Assembly: GCA_022842645.1 (NCBI GenBank)
Contig: JALHPE010000001.1
Span: 71,711 to 135,710 of the forward strand
From: Minisyncoccota bacterium
GTDB lineage: Bacteria > Patescibacteriota > Minisyncoccia > Phycocordibacterales > UBA2100
Length of the DNA: 64,000 nt
Reading direction: 5' to 3'
Shown: positions 9,933 to 19,253 of the stretch, piece by piece
Layout of the letters: every line of letters starts with the position of its first letter
Position numbering within the stretch: position 1 is the first letter of the stretch
Translations under genes and position numbers: made by a program
The notes under the pieces: model-generated
Seen by the model: the letters and a program-made list of their open reading frames with translations, nothing else
What the model was told of the DNA's origin: nothing
Database searches by the model: none

Positions 9933-10883
9933 ATGGCTCAAAATATACTTATTACCGGCGTCGGCGGGTTTATTGGCTCCAATCTTGCACAGATGCTCCT
10001 CGATGAGGGGCACGAGGTTTTTGGTGTTGATAATTTTTCGACAGGTACAGAAGAAAATGTTGCACATCTCTCTGCTCACTCACGCTTTGCTTTTCATGAA
10101 ATAGACATTGCGAGCGTCGGATTTCGCGACATCTTTCAAGGGGTGCGCTTTGATGAGATCTATCATCTTGCGTGTCCTACCGGCGTCCCTAACCTCGTCA
10201 CTCTTGCCGAGGAAATGCTGCACGCCTGTTCATTTGGTACGTACAACGTACTCGACCGCGCTCGCAACGACGGCGCAAAGGTGCTCTTTACTTCAACCGC
10301 AGAAATGTATGGTCAGCCAGAAAAATTTCCTCAAGACGAAACCTACAATGGAAACGTTGACCCACTTGGGAAGCGTAGCCCCTACGAAGAAGGCAAACGA
10401 TTTTCAGAAAGTATTCTTGCGACCTACGTGCGCAAATATGGCCTTAATGCACGCGTGGTACGCGTGTTTAACACCTATGGTCCGGGAATGTCGCTAAACG
10501 ATGAGCGTGTCATTCCTCACTTTTTGAAATGCATTCTTGAGGGACGCCCTTTGCGCATCTACGGCGACGGATCACAAACGCGCTCGCACCTTTTTGTGAG
10601 TGATTTGTTAGCAGGGCTTCGTATTGCCATGGAGAAAGGTACACCGGGTGAGGCATACAACTGCGGCGGCGGGAATCCGATTCCTATTCGTGAGCTGGGA
10701 GAACTTTTGCTCGAGCTCTCAAGCCATCCGCATGGCATTGAACACCATGAACACTTCATCGAAGATCATCGCGGACGCCTTCCGGGTGTTGAAAAAATTG
10801 AGACGCTCGGATGGAAGCAAACCATTTCACTTGAAGAAGGATTGCAAAAAATGATCGCGCACTACCTCCCTGCCCGCACCTGA
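9933..10883 (+). CDS. NAD-dependent epimerase/dehydratase, UDP-glucuronate decarboxylase-like
   Basis: TGVGGFIG, YHLACP, YEEGK, RVFNTYGP, GDGSQTRS. Confidence 0.9.
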   Translation: MAQNILITGVGGFIGSNLAQMLLDEGHEVFGVDNFSTGTEENVAHLSAHSRFAFHEIDIASVGFRDIFQGVRFDEIYHLACPTGVPNLVTLAEEMLHACSFGTYNVLDRARNDGAKVLFTSTAEMYGQPEKFPQDETYNGNVDPLGKRSPYEEGKRFSESILATYVRKYGLNARVVRVFNTYGPGMSLNDERVIPHFLKCILEGRPLRIYGDGSQTRSHLFVSDLLAGLRIAMEKGTPGEAYNCGGGNPIPIRELGELLLELSSHPHGIEHHEHFIEDHRGRLPGVEKIETLGWKQTISLEEGLQKMIAHYLPART

Positions 10884-10884
10884 T

Positions 10885-12537
10885 ATGGTCGGCATCTTCC
10901 AACTGCTCGGCGTAAGTTTTCTCTTCTGGACAGTCGTCGGATGCATACGATTTATATTTGAGCGTATTGAAGCACTTCGAAAACTTTCGGGTGAGGGTTC
11001 GACAGTTGCACTCCTTCTTGCCGCACTTTGCGGTGTCGGAGTTTCGCTCGGCATCTTCGTAGTCATCCTTTCGCTCTTCAATATTACCCGTGTTACTGAG
11101 CCCGGCGTGGGACTTGCGGTCTTTGTGCTCTGGGTTGGGTGCGCAGGGCTCGGCGCGTATGCAAGTGGACGCATTGATGCACGCCTCCCCAAAATCGCGG
11201 GCTTACTCTCAGGGCTCATAAGTTTTGTAGTTTTGGTACTCTCTCTTGGCAGAGCGCTTGGCGTCCCCGCGCTCGCAACCGATACACCACTTTCATTTGC
11301 AATCGGGCTTGGCTTATCACTCTGTATAGGGTTTTTTGCAGCAGTAATCGCTCGACACGTGAATGCGCGCGAAGAGAAACAACTCCTTGCACTGCGCGCA
11401 CATGTTGATGCAGCACGCATCACGAAAGACGAGATCGCAGTTCTTATTGCCGCACACAATGAAGAGGTGTCCATCTCCGCAACTATCGAATCACTCCTGC
11501 AATCCGTGCGTCCAGATCAGATCTACATCGGAAGCGATGGCTCGAAAGACAAAACGGTGGAGATCGCACGCTCATACGGCGTGCATGCGGATGACATCCA
11601 GCCCAATCGCGGGAAAGCGAGCGCACTCACGTATGTCATCGAAGAAAACGAACTTCTTACGAAGTACAAGGGAGTATTCCTCATTGACGCCGACATTAAG
11701 GTCGATCCTCTCTTTATTGAACGTGCTGCAAAACATTTTGATGACCCAGAAGTTGCGGCGGTCTCGGGTTATTTCGTCGCCATTTGGCCAGCGCACATCA
11801 TTCCTCGCTTGGAACTCCTCGTGACCGCCTATCGTGTGCGCCTCTGGAGAATACTCCAATTCTTTGTGCGCTACGGACAAACATGGAAATATCTCAATGT
11901 CTCCCCCATTATCCCTGGTGGCGGCTCAATCTATCGCACGAGTGTTTTAAAACATATTCAAATCAACACTCCGGGATTGGTGATTGAAGATTTCAACATG
12001 ACGTTCGAAGTGCGACATAAAAATCTCGGAAGAGTGTCATTCGAGCCGCGCGCCTATCTTTACGACCAAGAACCGTATTCTGTCAAAGATTTTGTTCACC
12101 AGATAAAAAGATGGTACCTGGGTTATTTTCAAACAATGCGTCGACACGGGTTCTGGTTTAGTTGGTTTTGTTTTTTCACCTACCTTTTCACGTTTGAGAT
12201 GCTTGTGAGCGCTATTGTGTTCCTCCTCACACCATTGATGGTACTTGAGCTTATTCTGAGCGGACGAGATTCTATCGTCGTTGATTTCGTGGTCTGGGGC
12301 TACCCCATCACACTCCTCACCATCGTGCTTGCAATATTTGTCGTTGATTACATCGTGACGATTGGCGTTGCGATTGTCGAAAAGAAACCACTCATGCTCG
12401 TGTATGGTGTCCTCTTTTACCCCTTAAGATTCATCGAATCCGCCGTGTTTCTCTGGATGCTCCCGCAGGCGTTTCGCGCAAAAAGCACCGGCAGTTGGGT
12501 CTCGCCAAAGCGTGTGATGTTTGAGGATAAAAAATGA
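10885..12537 (+). CDS. Processive GT2 glycosyltransferase (PgaC/IcaA/cellulose-synthase-like)
   Basis: AHNEE, DGSKD, DAD, ED and QIKRW (QxxRW) motifs; TM blocks at both ends. Confidence 0.9.
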   Translation: MVGIFQLLGVSFLFWTVVGCIRFIFERIEALRKLSGEGSTVALLLAALCGVGVSLGIFVVILSLFNITRVTEPGVGLAVFVLWVGCAGLGAYASGRIDARLPKIAGLLSGLISFVVLVLSLGRALGVPALATDTPLSFAIGLGLSLCIGFFAAVIARHVNAREEKQLLALRAHVDAARITKDEIAVLIAAHNEEVSISATIESLLQSVRPDQIYIGSDGSKDKTVEIARSYGVHADDIQPNRGKASALTYVIEENELLTKYKGVFLIDADIKVDPLFIERAAKHFDDPEVAAVSGYFVAIWPAHIIPRLELLVTAYRVRLWRILQFFVRYGQTWKYLNVSPIIPGGGSIYRTSVLKHIQINTPGLVIEDFNMTFEVRHKNLGRVSFEPRAYLYDQEPYSVKDFVHQIKRWYLGYFQTMRRHGFWFSWFCFFTYLFTFEMLVSAIVFLLTPLMVLELILSGRDSIVVDFVVWGYPITLLTIVLAIFVVDYIVTIGVAIVEKKPLMLVYGVLFYPLRFIESAVFLWMLPQAFRAKSTGSWVSPKRVMFEDKK

Positions 12538-12579
12538 GTGGACATTTTAATTACAAAGCGTAAAGTTTCTTTGAAGAAT

Positions 12580-13443
12580 ATGGAAAATACCATCGATATA
12601 GATACGATCTACCCGAGAAACCTTCTTTATTGGGATCGCATGAGCTCGGCCGAAATTTCGGACTATCTTGTGCGCGTCCCTGCGGAGAAACGCCTCATCC
12701 TCATCGTCTGGGGTGTTATCGAGTCGCACGGACCCGCCTTGGGTCTTGGAAGCGACAGCATGCTCGCCGGGCTTGCTGCGGACGAAGCGGCGAGGCGCCT
12801 CTACGAAGAGAAAGGGCTTGAGCCAATCATTTTCGACGCGTGGAAAAATGTCGGGAGTCTCTCGGCAACGAGAAACTTTCCCGGCGCAATTGGATTCCAT
12901 TCCTCAGTACCTGTAATTCGAGAGATCTGGGAACAGACGCTTTCGCGCATGTTTAAGGAAGGGTTCTCAAAGTTCTTTTTGGTGAATGGCGACGGCGGCA
13001 ACTGGATGAATCACTGGTACGGCCTCAAGTGGGACTCTCCGGTGATTGATGCACTCTTGAAACAAGGCATGCAGCTTGAAGGTGGCAACTGGGATCAAGA
13101 AGGGGGTGCGCCGTACTTGCATGGCGGACACCACGAACACGCGCTCACAACGTGGGCGTGCTATCACGCTCCCGAGCACATCCGACTCTCGGCAATTCGC
13201 AATCGATTGCGAGCGCCAGATACGGAAATACTCAAGAAGATTGACGGGGCGAACTATGCCTACCTCGAAGATGTATCCCACCGCGAACACGACTGGAGCA
13301 CCTATCCCGATCAGGATCGCCTCCGCTCGGTGACCGAATTTTCGCTCGCTGAGTATCAGAAACTTCTTGATTCGGGCGACATTGGGAAAGACTTCGACGC
13401 AAAAATCGCGTGTCTCATGAAAAAAATCGAGGCGATGTTTTAA
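12580..13443 (+). CDS. Creatininase/creatinine amidohydrolase-family protein (divergent)
   Basis: IESHGPAL..D, FPG, VNGDGGN, HGG..E motifs; alternative GTG start at 12538. Confidence 0.75.
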   Translation: MENTIDIDTIYPRNLLYWDRMSSAEISDYLVRVPAEKRLILIVWGVIESHGPALGLGSDSMLAGLAADEAARRLYEEKGLEPIIFDAWKNVGSLSATRNFPGAIGFHSSVPVIREIWEQTLSRMFKEGFSKFFLVNGDGGNWMNHWYGLKWDSPVIDALLKQGMQLEGGNWDQEGGAPYLHGGHHEHALTTWACYHAPEHIRLSAIRNRLRAPDTEILKKIDGANYAYLEDVSHREHDWSTYPDQDRLRSVTEFSLAEYQKLLDSGDIGKDFDAKIACLMKKIEAMF

Positions 13444-13454
13444 GTACAAAACTG

Positions 13455-13483
13455 AACGAAGCCTTCTCAGGCTCCGTTTTTTA
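13455..13483 (+). terminator. Intrinsic terminator
   Basis: AACGAAGCCT-tctc-AGGCTCCGTT followed by a T-tract. Confidence 0.65.
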
Positions 13484-13490
13484 TTGTTTC

Positions 13491-13619
13491 CTACTCTAGC
13501 CCAAGGAATGCACGCCTCGTAATGCGATCCTGTTCTCTAAGCCTCTTTTCCTTCGAGCGCTGCTTTGGGGTCCAGAGTCCGGCTAAAAGACCAAGAAAGA
13601 ACATGCTGATTGATTTCAT
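13491..13619 (-). CDS. Possible 42-aa small protein
   Basis: MKSISMFFLGLLAGLWTPKQRSKEKRLREQDRITRRAFLGLE; purine-rich SD-like sequence upstream; below the ORF-track cutoff. Confidence 0.3.
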   Translation of the reverse strand: MKSISMFFLGLLAGLWTPKQRSKEKRLREQDRITRRAFLGLE

Positions 13620-13749
13620 TGACTTCCCTTTCTTCTAGAATGATTAGAACATAGTACTTGCTCCCGCACCGAGAAGCAAGGCTCATTTGCCTTGAGGGGC
13701 TGGTTGTGATTAAGTACCCTCCGGCTACAACAACAGAAAGAACTGAAAA

Positions 13750-14043
13750 ATGACACAGGCTGAATTTGTTGCAAACTACTGGCCATGGATCATCGGGACG
13801 CTTGGCGTCCTCAATCCCTGCTTCATGTTGCCCCAGCTCTACAAAATCTGGAGCAGCCGAAAAGCAGACGACGTGTCTCTAGCCATGCTTGGACTCCTCA
13901 TGTTGATTCAGTACGCGTTCTCATTGCACGGCTACTTCATCGGCGACAACCTGCTCCTCATGAGCAATCTCGCCGCTGGAACAGTGACCGTGATCACGGC
14001 GCTTTCTGTTTTGCATTTTGCTAAACGGACAGCAAGTACATGA
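13750..14043 (+). CDS. SemiSWEET/PQ-loop transporter
   Basis: FMLPQLYKIW..RKADDVS, 3 TM helices, SN motif. Confidence 0.9.
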   Translation: MTQAEFVANYWPWIIGTLGVLNPCFMLPQLYKIWSSRKADDVSLAMLGLLMLIQYAFSLHGYFIGDNLLLMSNLAAGTVTVITALSVLHFAKRTAST

Positions 14044-14047
14044 CCTT

Positions 14048-14080
14048 ACGGAGCCCCTCTCGGGCTCCGTTTGTTTTTTC
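14048..14080 (+). terminator. Intrinsic terminator
   Basis: ACGGAGCCC-ctctc-GGGCTCCGT followed by a T-tract. Confidence 0.75.
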
Positions 14081-14153
14081 CTGGGTGCATGATAGGTTGT
14101 TTGCAGTCCCCATAGGGGGCTTTTTTGTTGCAACAAAAAAGAAAGGACGTGTG

Positions 14154-14963
14154 ATGCAAAAACTACGCATCCTTGCAATTACTGGTCACGATGATGATCT
14201 CACTCTTCATTGCGGCGGGTTAATTATCGAGCTACTTGAGCGGGGCCACGAGATTACGCCGATCATCATGACACTCGGTCAACGTGGCCAGCGCTTTCCG
14301 CAGTTCGGAAATGGACTTGCATGGGAAGTACGAAAAGCAGAAACTCGCGCCGCGTACGCCACGATGGGCATGACGCCGAACTTCGTGCACACGAGGTATG
14401 AACAAGAATGTGACATCGACGCACGTAGCCGCGATGAGATGAAGCGACTCGTTGCAGATCTTGAACCGCACATGTTCCTCGCTCATTGGCCAGTCGACGT
14501 GAATCCAGATCATCGAGCAGGCGCAGTGCTTGCGATGGAACCTGCGTTCCAGCGCAATGTAAACACGGAGCTCATCTTCTTCAAGCCACACTCGGCTGGA
14601 CGGGAAACCGCGATGACGAGACCTCAGGTGACATGCTTCATCCCGACACACTATCTTCCACTACGAGAAGAGGTTATCGAGATAAAGCGCCGATCGGTTA
14701 TTCATCACGTGTCGCAAGACCCGGAGGCAATGCTGATTGGTCAGCAAAAAGTCCAAGAAGAAGACGCAGAAGAATTACGCGCACACTTTCCGAACTTCTT
14801 GCCGGGCGTTACGGAAGTCGAGGCGTACATTAGAGGAAATCGTGCCGGGGCACTGCTCCCAGAACTTGCCGATATTCTTTATCCGACGCCATATCTGTTA
14901 CCGAGAAGCGTTGTGCGACACGACCCCAAAGTCTATGGTGTCGATGCGCCTTCAACGCTGTGA
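14154..14963 (+). CDS. PIG-L/LmbE-family deacetylase (divergent)
   Basis: ITGHDDDL, MTLGQRG, RKAE, NPDHR; AAAGGA SD upstream. Confidence 0.8.
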   Translation: MQKLRILAITGHDDDLTLHCGGLIIELLERGHEITPIIMTLGQRGQRFPQFGNGLAWEVRKAETRAAYATMGMTPNFVHTRYEQECDIDARSRDEMKRLVADLEPHMFLAHWPVDVNPDHRAGAVLAMEPAFQRNVNTELIFFKPHSAGRETAMTRPQVTCFIPTHYLPLREEVIEIKRRSVIHHVSQDPEAMLIGQQKVQEEDAEELRAHFPNFLPGVTEVEAYIRGNRAGALLPELADILYPTPYLLPRSVVRHDPKVYGVDAPSTL

Positions 14964-14980
14964 CCGCACACAAGAATACG

Positions 14981-15019
14981 AGCGACGGGTTTCTTCGGAA
15001 ACCCGTCGCTTTCTTTTTC
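14981..15019 (+). terminator. Intrinsic terminator with cUUCGg loop
   Basis: 13-bp stem AGCGACGGGTTTC-ttcg-GAAACCCGTCGCT followed by a T-tract. Confidence 0.85.
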
Positions 15020-16173
15020 TACTCTCCGAGCACCTCGTAAATGCGCTCGTCTTCTCTGCCCTGGCGCCAGAACATGACACCCGCGACGCCAAATTCTTCG
15101 GCGAGAGAGAGGCGGGGCGTAAAGCTTTCTACGTTTTCAAACCAGACTTCCCGATTGACATCGTCTTTTCTATAGAAGAAATAGGGCGTTTGCGCCACTT
15201 CGTCAAAGAGCACATCGGCATCGTAGGTGTTCGCAATCTTTACAATATCCTCATACTCACGCCCTGTCGCCCGACCCCAACCATCACCTTCTTTGGGCCA
15301 ATCGTAGCCATAAAGCGGAATGCCCATAAAGATTTTTTGCATGTCGACGCCGAGAGAGCGAGCGTGCTCCAACACTTTGCGCACCCATGGGAGTGATGCA
15401 GGAGGCCCCGGCTCGCCGGTTTCCCAATGTTCGTCGTAGGTCATAAAGGAGAGAATATCGACATGCTTCTGGAGTGCTGGAATGTCTTGACCGCGTGTCT
15501 CTCCCCCTTCTGTTTGTGCATGGATAGCAACGGCAAGAAGCTTTCCTTCCGCACGAAGTGCTGTGCCTAATTCCTCGATGAAGAGTGTAAAGTCGTCCTT
15601 CTGGCGGTCGCGCAGAAATTCGTAGTCGATATTCACGCCGTCGAAATTTCCCTTTTCTATGAGCATGAGAATGTCGTTAATGTGTGCAGTACGACTCACC
15701 TCACTTTGGATGACGCGTTCCACAAGGTCAGGATCCCAATCATCATCTTCAGGAAGGTTCGCAATGAGTGCGAGCACTTTCACATCATTCTCATGTGCGA
15801 ACGTAATCAATGATGCATCTTCTTTTGCGTAATCATATTTCACGATGTTTCCTTGTGCATCGAGACGATACCAAAACACGGAAATGAAATCGAAAAGTTC
15901 GACGTGCTTTTTAAACATCGCAACCGCGCGCGGCTGATCCCAATACGGAATGGAGCCAAATATCTTTAATTCGGTAGCACGGATTACCTCATTCTTCGAG
16001 GACGGTTGAGCTATAATTGTACTCGCTGAAAGCTCAGGTGTAGACGTCGCTATGGTACGGCCTCCATGCGACGTGGGGGTTGGAGCCGGATCAGGGCGCA
16101 TGGCGAAAACAAACCATCCGGCATATATAAGCGCGATACCCGTTATCGCTAGGAGATAGTAGTCGCCACGCAT
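15019..16173 (-). CDS. Membrane-anchored glycoside hydrolase family 18
   Basis: FDGVNIDYE catalytic motif, MTYDEH, GIPLYGYDW, VWFEN, FWRQG. Confidence 0.9.
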   Translation of the reverse strand: MRGDYYLLAITGIALIYAGWFVFAMRPDPAPTPTSHGGRTIATSTPELSASTIIAQPSSKNEVIRATELKIFGSIPYWDQPRAVAMFKKHVELFDFISVFWYRLDAQGNIVKYDYAKEDASLITFAHENDVKVLALIANLPEDDDWDPDLVERVIQSEVSRTAHINDILMLIEKGNFDGVNIDYEFLRDRQKDDFTLFIEELGTALRAEGKLLAVAIHAQTEGGETRGQDIPALQKHVDILSFMTYDEHWETGEPGPPASLPWVRKVLEHARSLGVDMQKIFMGIPLYGYDWPKEGDGWGRATGREYEDIVKIANTYDADVLFDEVAQTPYFFYRKDDVNREVWFENVESFTPRLSLAEEFGVAGVMFWRQGREDERIYEVLGE

Positions 16174-16176
16174 ACT

Positions 16177-16989
16177 CTAATCGGTACTTGCGAGAATAGC
16201 ACGAGCCTCCGCCGGCGTAACGTTCATCAGAAGATCGATGATAGAAAGGTTACCGACAAATTCCCCCCCGAGTTGCGAATACGGGGAGAGCTTCCAGTTT
16301 TGCTCTTTGAGTGCAATGCCTGCCTGTTCAAACTTTGAGAAATCCATGTAGGCACCCGCTCCTGTGCCACCAAAATAGTATTCCTCCGCCTCGTACTTTT
16401 TACAGAGATCGACGAGCCAATCGTTTGCGTCGCGCCCAGATGCTTTGTCGGATGTTGTAACTCCGGATTCAGACGAGAGCACGATCTCACGGAGGCGAAA
16501 ATCTGCATGAGGCAGTGCGTCGTGTAGGTTTTTGAGATCAATGGTTGGAAGCTCGAAAAGCTGAGAGAGCGCCCACCCTATACTTGCGAGATCTATGTGT
16601 GCCACAGTCTCATACTCAGTTTCCCAAAAAGATTCAAGCGAAGGAAAAACGCGCGAAAACTGTGGCGCGTTCCGGTAGTGTTCGCGAATGATGCGTAGAT
16701 GCTTCGTGCGTTCTCTTTTATCAGCAAACCCGAGGTATGTTTCGTGTATAGCTTCATTTGCTTTGTGTTTTGTTGGAACATCGAGCATGAGAAGTCCTTT
16801 CACGCTTTTTATTGGCATGTGCGCCTGATATGAAGGGCCGATCGGATTCGAGCCGTCGGGCTTGTGGTAGGCGTGCTTGCGTACAAATTGCACATTGTCG
16901 GCAACGCTGAAGATGTCGGCATTCAAAATGCGCGCGAAATAATGGAGGCGCGGAAAATACTGCGGCTGGTATGAGACAAGGCGCTTCAT
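16177..16989 (-). CDS. WbqC-family protein
   Basis: YQPQYFP, DNVQF, Y..APQF, NLSIIDLLMN. Confidence 0.85.
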   Translation of the reverse strand: MKRLVSYQPQYFPRLHYFARILNADIFSVADNVQFVRKHAYHKPDGSNPIGPSYQAHMPIKSVKGLLMLDVPTKHKANEAIHETYLGFADKRERTKHLRIIREHYRNAPQFSRVFPSLESFWETEYETVAHIDLASIGWALSQLFELPTIDLKNLHDALPHADFRLREIVLSSESGVTTSDKASGRDANDWLVDLCKKYEAEEYYFGGTGAGAYMDFSKFEQAGIALKEQNWKLSPYSQLGGEFVGNLSIIDLLMNVTPAEARAILASTD

Positions 16990-16990
16990 G

Positions 16991-17704
16991 CTAAATAAAC
17001 ATACGACGCAGGAGAAACGCTTCTGCCGCATCGCACCCCGCATGAATACCCCGCATGTGCGCAAGCGTGCGCGCTCCCTCAACAGAAATCGGACCGTTCT
17101 TCACTTTCATTTGGCTTTTGTAGATCGAAAGTGCTTTTAATTTAAGCGCGAGCGTTTTGTGATCCATGGATACAAAAATATTCGGCGTTGGCTTATCTGC
17201 CTCACTTGTCCATGTAAAATAAGGAAATTCATATTCCAAAACCGTCGGCACAAAATGTTTATAGTGCCCCGGCACCGGGCGCGTTGCAGTGATTGCTGCA
17301 CGATTTGCAGCACGGTGATCTTGGTTGTAATCGTGCGCAGAAGGAATTGCGAGGGTGGTCGGCTTTATCGCCTCAAGCGAAATGCCTTCACCTCGCTCAA
17401 TTTCATTAATGAGCACTTTTTGAGGCACAGCATCAAGTTGCAAGTGGTAATCATTTCCTGGAAACGCGACTTTGTAGCCATCGAAGCGCATAAGCTTTGC
17501 AACACGCGCTATTTCTTTCATCCGCTCCTCGATTGTGGATTGCCCTTTCTTTGAAAAGTCCTTAGTGGTGCCGACGGTAAGATAGAGCACAAACACCTTG
17601 CCGCCTGCTTCTTTAACACGACGAATAAGACCCCCACAGCCAAAAATTTCATCGTCGGGATGGGGTGCAACAACCAAGAGTGTACGATCTTTGGGGAACG
17701 ACAT
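16991..17704 (-). CDS. PIG-L-family deacetylase
   Basis: APHPDDE, NQDHR, YKSQ, AEAF. Confidence 0.9.
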   Translation of the reverse strand: MSFPKDRTLLVVAPHPDDEIFGCGGLIRRVKEAGGKVFVLYLTVGTTKDFSKKGQSTIEERMKEIARVAKLMRFDGYKVAFPGNDYHLQLDAVPQKVLINEIERGEGISLEAIKPTTLAIPSAHDYNQDHRAANRAAITATRPVPGHYKHFVPTVLEYEFPYFTWTSEADKPTPNIFVSMDHKTLALKLKALSIYKSQMKVKNGPISVEGARTLAHMRGIHAGCDAAEAFLLRRMFI

Positions 17705-17846
17705 ACCGGAGGGCGCTCAAAGCGCGCCAGCCTGTGTTCCCCTCACAGTGGTGGCAGTATAGCCATCTATCCACAACTCGACAAGGATTGGAATATGTGG
17801 GAAATGGTGGTACTGTGCCCCTTAAGGGGAAACCGGCGAAATCGCC

Positions 17847-19178
17847 GTGGTGCAAATTCAGGAAAAAGACATTCAGACTGACGCCGTCGGACTTCCGGTT
17901 CCGACCGCTGTTTTTAATGTTGCAGTGATTGGCCTTGGTTACGTTGGACTTCCGCTTGCACTTCTTGCAAGCAGAAAGGGTCATCGGGTTATTGGCATTG
18001 ACATCAGCGAGCGAAAAATCGCGAGCATCAGGGGCGGTGTATCACCTTTTTACGACGAAAAAATACAAAAACACTTGGACGCAAAACCACTCGACGTGGA
18101 CACAAATTTTGCCCGCCTACGCGAGAGTGAGATTATCGTTGTCTGCGTGCCCACACCAGTACATGAAGATCATCTTCCCGACCTCACCCCTCTCTCGGGT
18201 GCGTGCGAATCAATTGCGCCACATTTAAAGAAGGGTTCGCTTGTCGTAATTGAATCAACGGTGAATCCGGGTGTATGCGATACGATCGTGATACCTGCGC
18301 TTGAAAAGCATTCGGGACTCAGGGCGGGCGTGGATTTCCTTGTCTCCCACTGCCCGGAGCGCGTGAACCCTGGAGACGAACGCTGGAGTGTCGAGAACAT
18401 CAATCGTGTGGTGGGGTCACTTACGCCCGAGGGATTAGAAAAAACACTTTTTTTCTACCGCTCTATCGTGCGCGGTGAGGTTCGCCCCATGGGATCCCTT
18501 AAAGAAGCCGAGGCGGTGAAGATTGTTGAGAACACGTTTCGTGACGTGAATATTGCATTCGTGAACGAACTCGCACTTTCGTTCGATAAGCTCGGGATTG
18601 ATGTCGTCAATGTTATTGAAGCAGCTTCCACAAAGCCATTCGCCTTTATGCCACACTTTCCCTCGTGTGGCGTCGGCGGTCACTGCATTCCGGTTGATCC
18701 GTACTACCTGATCGAAGAAGGGCGGCGCAATGGCTTCGAACACGAATTCCTTTCACTCGCGCGCTCAATCAACAATCGCATGCCAGTGCACACCGTAAAT
18801 CTCCTTGCGCGCACTCTTGAAGAGCACAACGAAGAACTTCGAGGCGCACGCATCGCGGTGCTTGGCCTTGCATATAAATCTGACATCGACGACACGCGCG
18901 AGAGCCCTGCGCGCATCATACTCAAAGAACTCACCGTGCGTGGCGCAGAACCTGTTCCCTACGACCCGTTCGTAAAAGGCGAGGGCGCTGCATCTCTCGA
19001 AGAAGCACTCAAAGGCGCACGCGGGGCGATTGTCGCTACATCACATCGCGCCTTCCGCTCACTTTCACCTGAAGATTTCCTAAAACACAACGTGCGCGTC
19101 GTGATTGATGGTAAAAACTGTCTCCCTAAGCAGGTCTTTCTCGACGCAGGTATCCACTATCGCGGGATTGGGCGCTAA
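17847..19178 (+). CDS. UDP-N-acetylhexosamine dehydrogenase (WecC/WbpO/TviB-like)
   Basis: GLGYVGLP, ESTVNPG, PERVNPG, GVGGHCIPVDP, DTRESP. Confidence 0.92.
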   Translation: MVQIQEKDIQTDAVGLPVPTAVFNVAVIGLGYVGLPLALLASRKGHRVIGIDISERKIASIRGGVSPFYDEKIQKHLDAKPLDVDTNFARLRESEIIVVCVPTPVHEDHLPDLTPLSGACESIAPHLKKGSLVVIESTVNPGVCDTIVIPALEKHSGLRAGVDFLVSHCPERVNPGDERWSVENINRVVGSLTPEGLEKTLFFYRSIVRGEVRPMGSLKEAEAVKIVENTFRDVNIAFVNELALSFDKLGIDVVNVIEAASTKPFAFMPHFPSCGVGGHCIPVDPYYLIEEGRRNGFEHEFLSLARSINNRMPVHTVNLLARTLEEHNEELRGARIAVLGLAYKSDIDDTRESPARIILKELTVRGAEPVPYDPFVKGEGAASLEEALKGARGAIVATSHRAFRSLSPEDFLKHNVRVVIDGKNCLPKQVFLDAGIHYRGIGR

Positions 19179-19181
19179 CCC

Positions 19182-19210
19182 ATATGTGGGACTTACGAAG
19201 TCCCACATAT
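19182..19210. repeat. REP-like palindrome, family B copy 1
   Basis: ATATGTGGGACTT-acg-AAGTCCCACATAT; second copy at 41801. Confidence 0.8.
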
Positions 19211-19253
19211 AGAAATCGTGCGGAAAACACGTTTTTAAGGTAGTCTTGCGAGA

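Noticed and set aside
13690-13749. preQ1 riboswitch upstream of SemiSWEET
   Set aside because: Stem plus A-rich tail is superficially similar, but the loop lacks the class I consensus and it does not resemble class II or III
12538-15010. Integron cassette array
   Set aside because: The hairpins are intrinsic terminators with U-tracts; no attC RYYYAAC/GTTRRRY boxes and no intI seen
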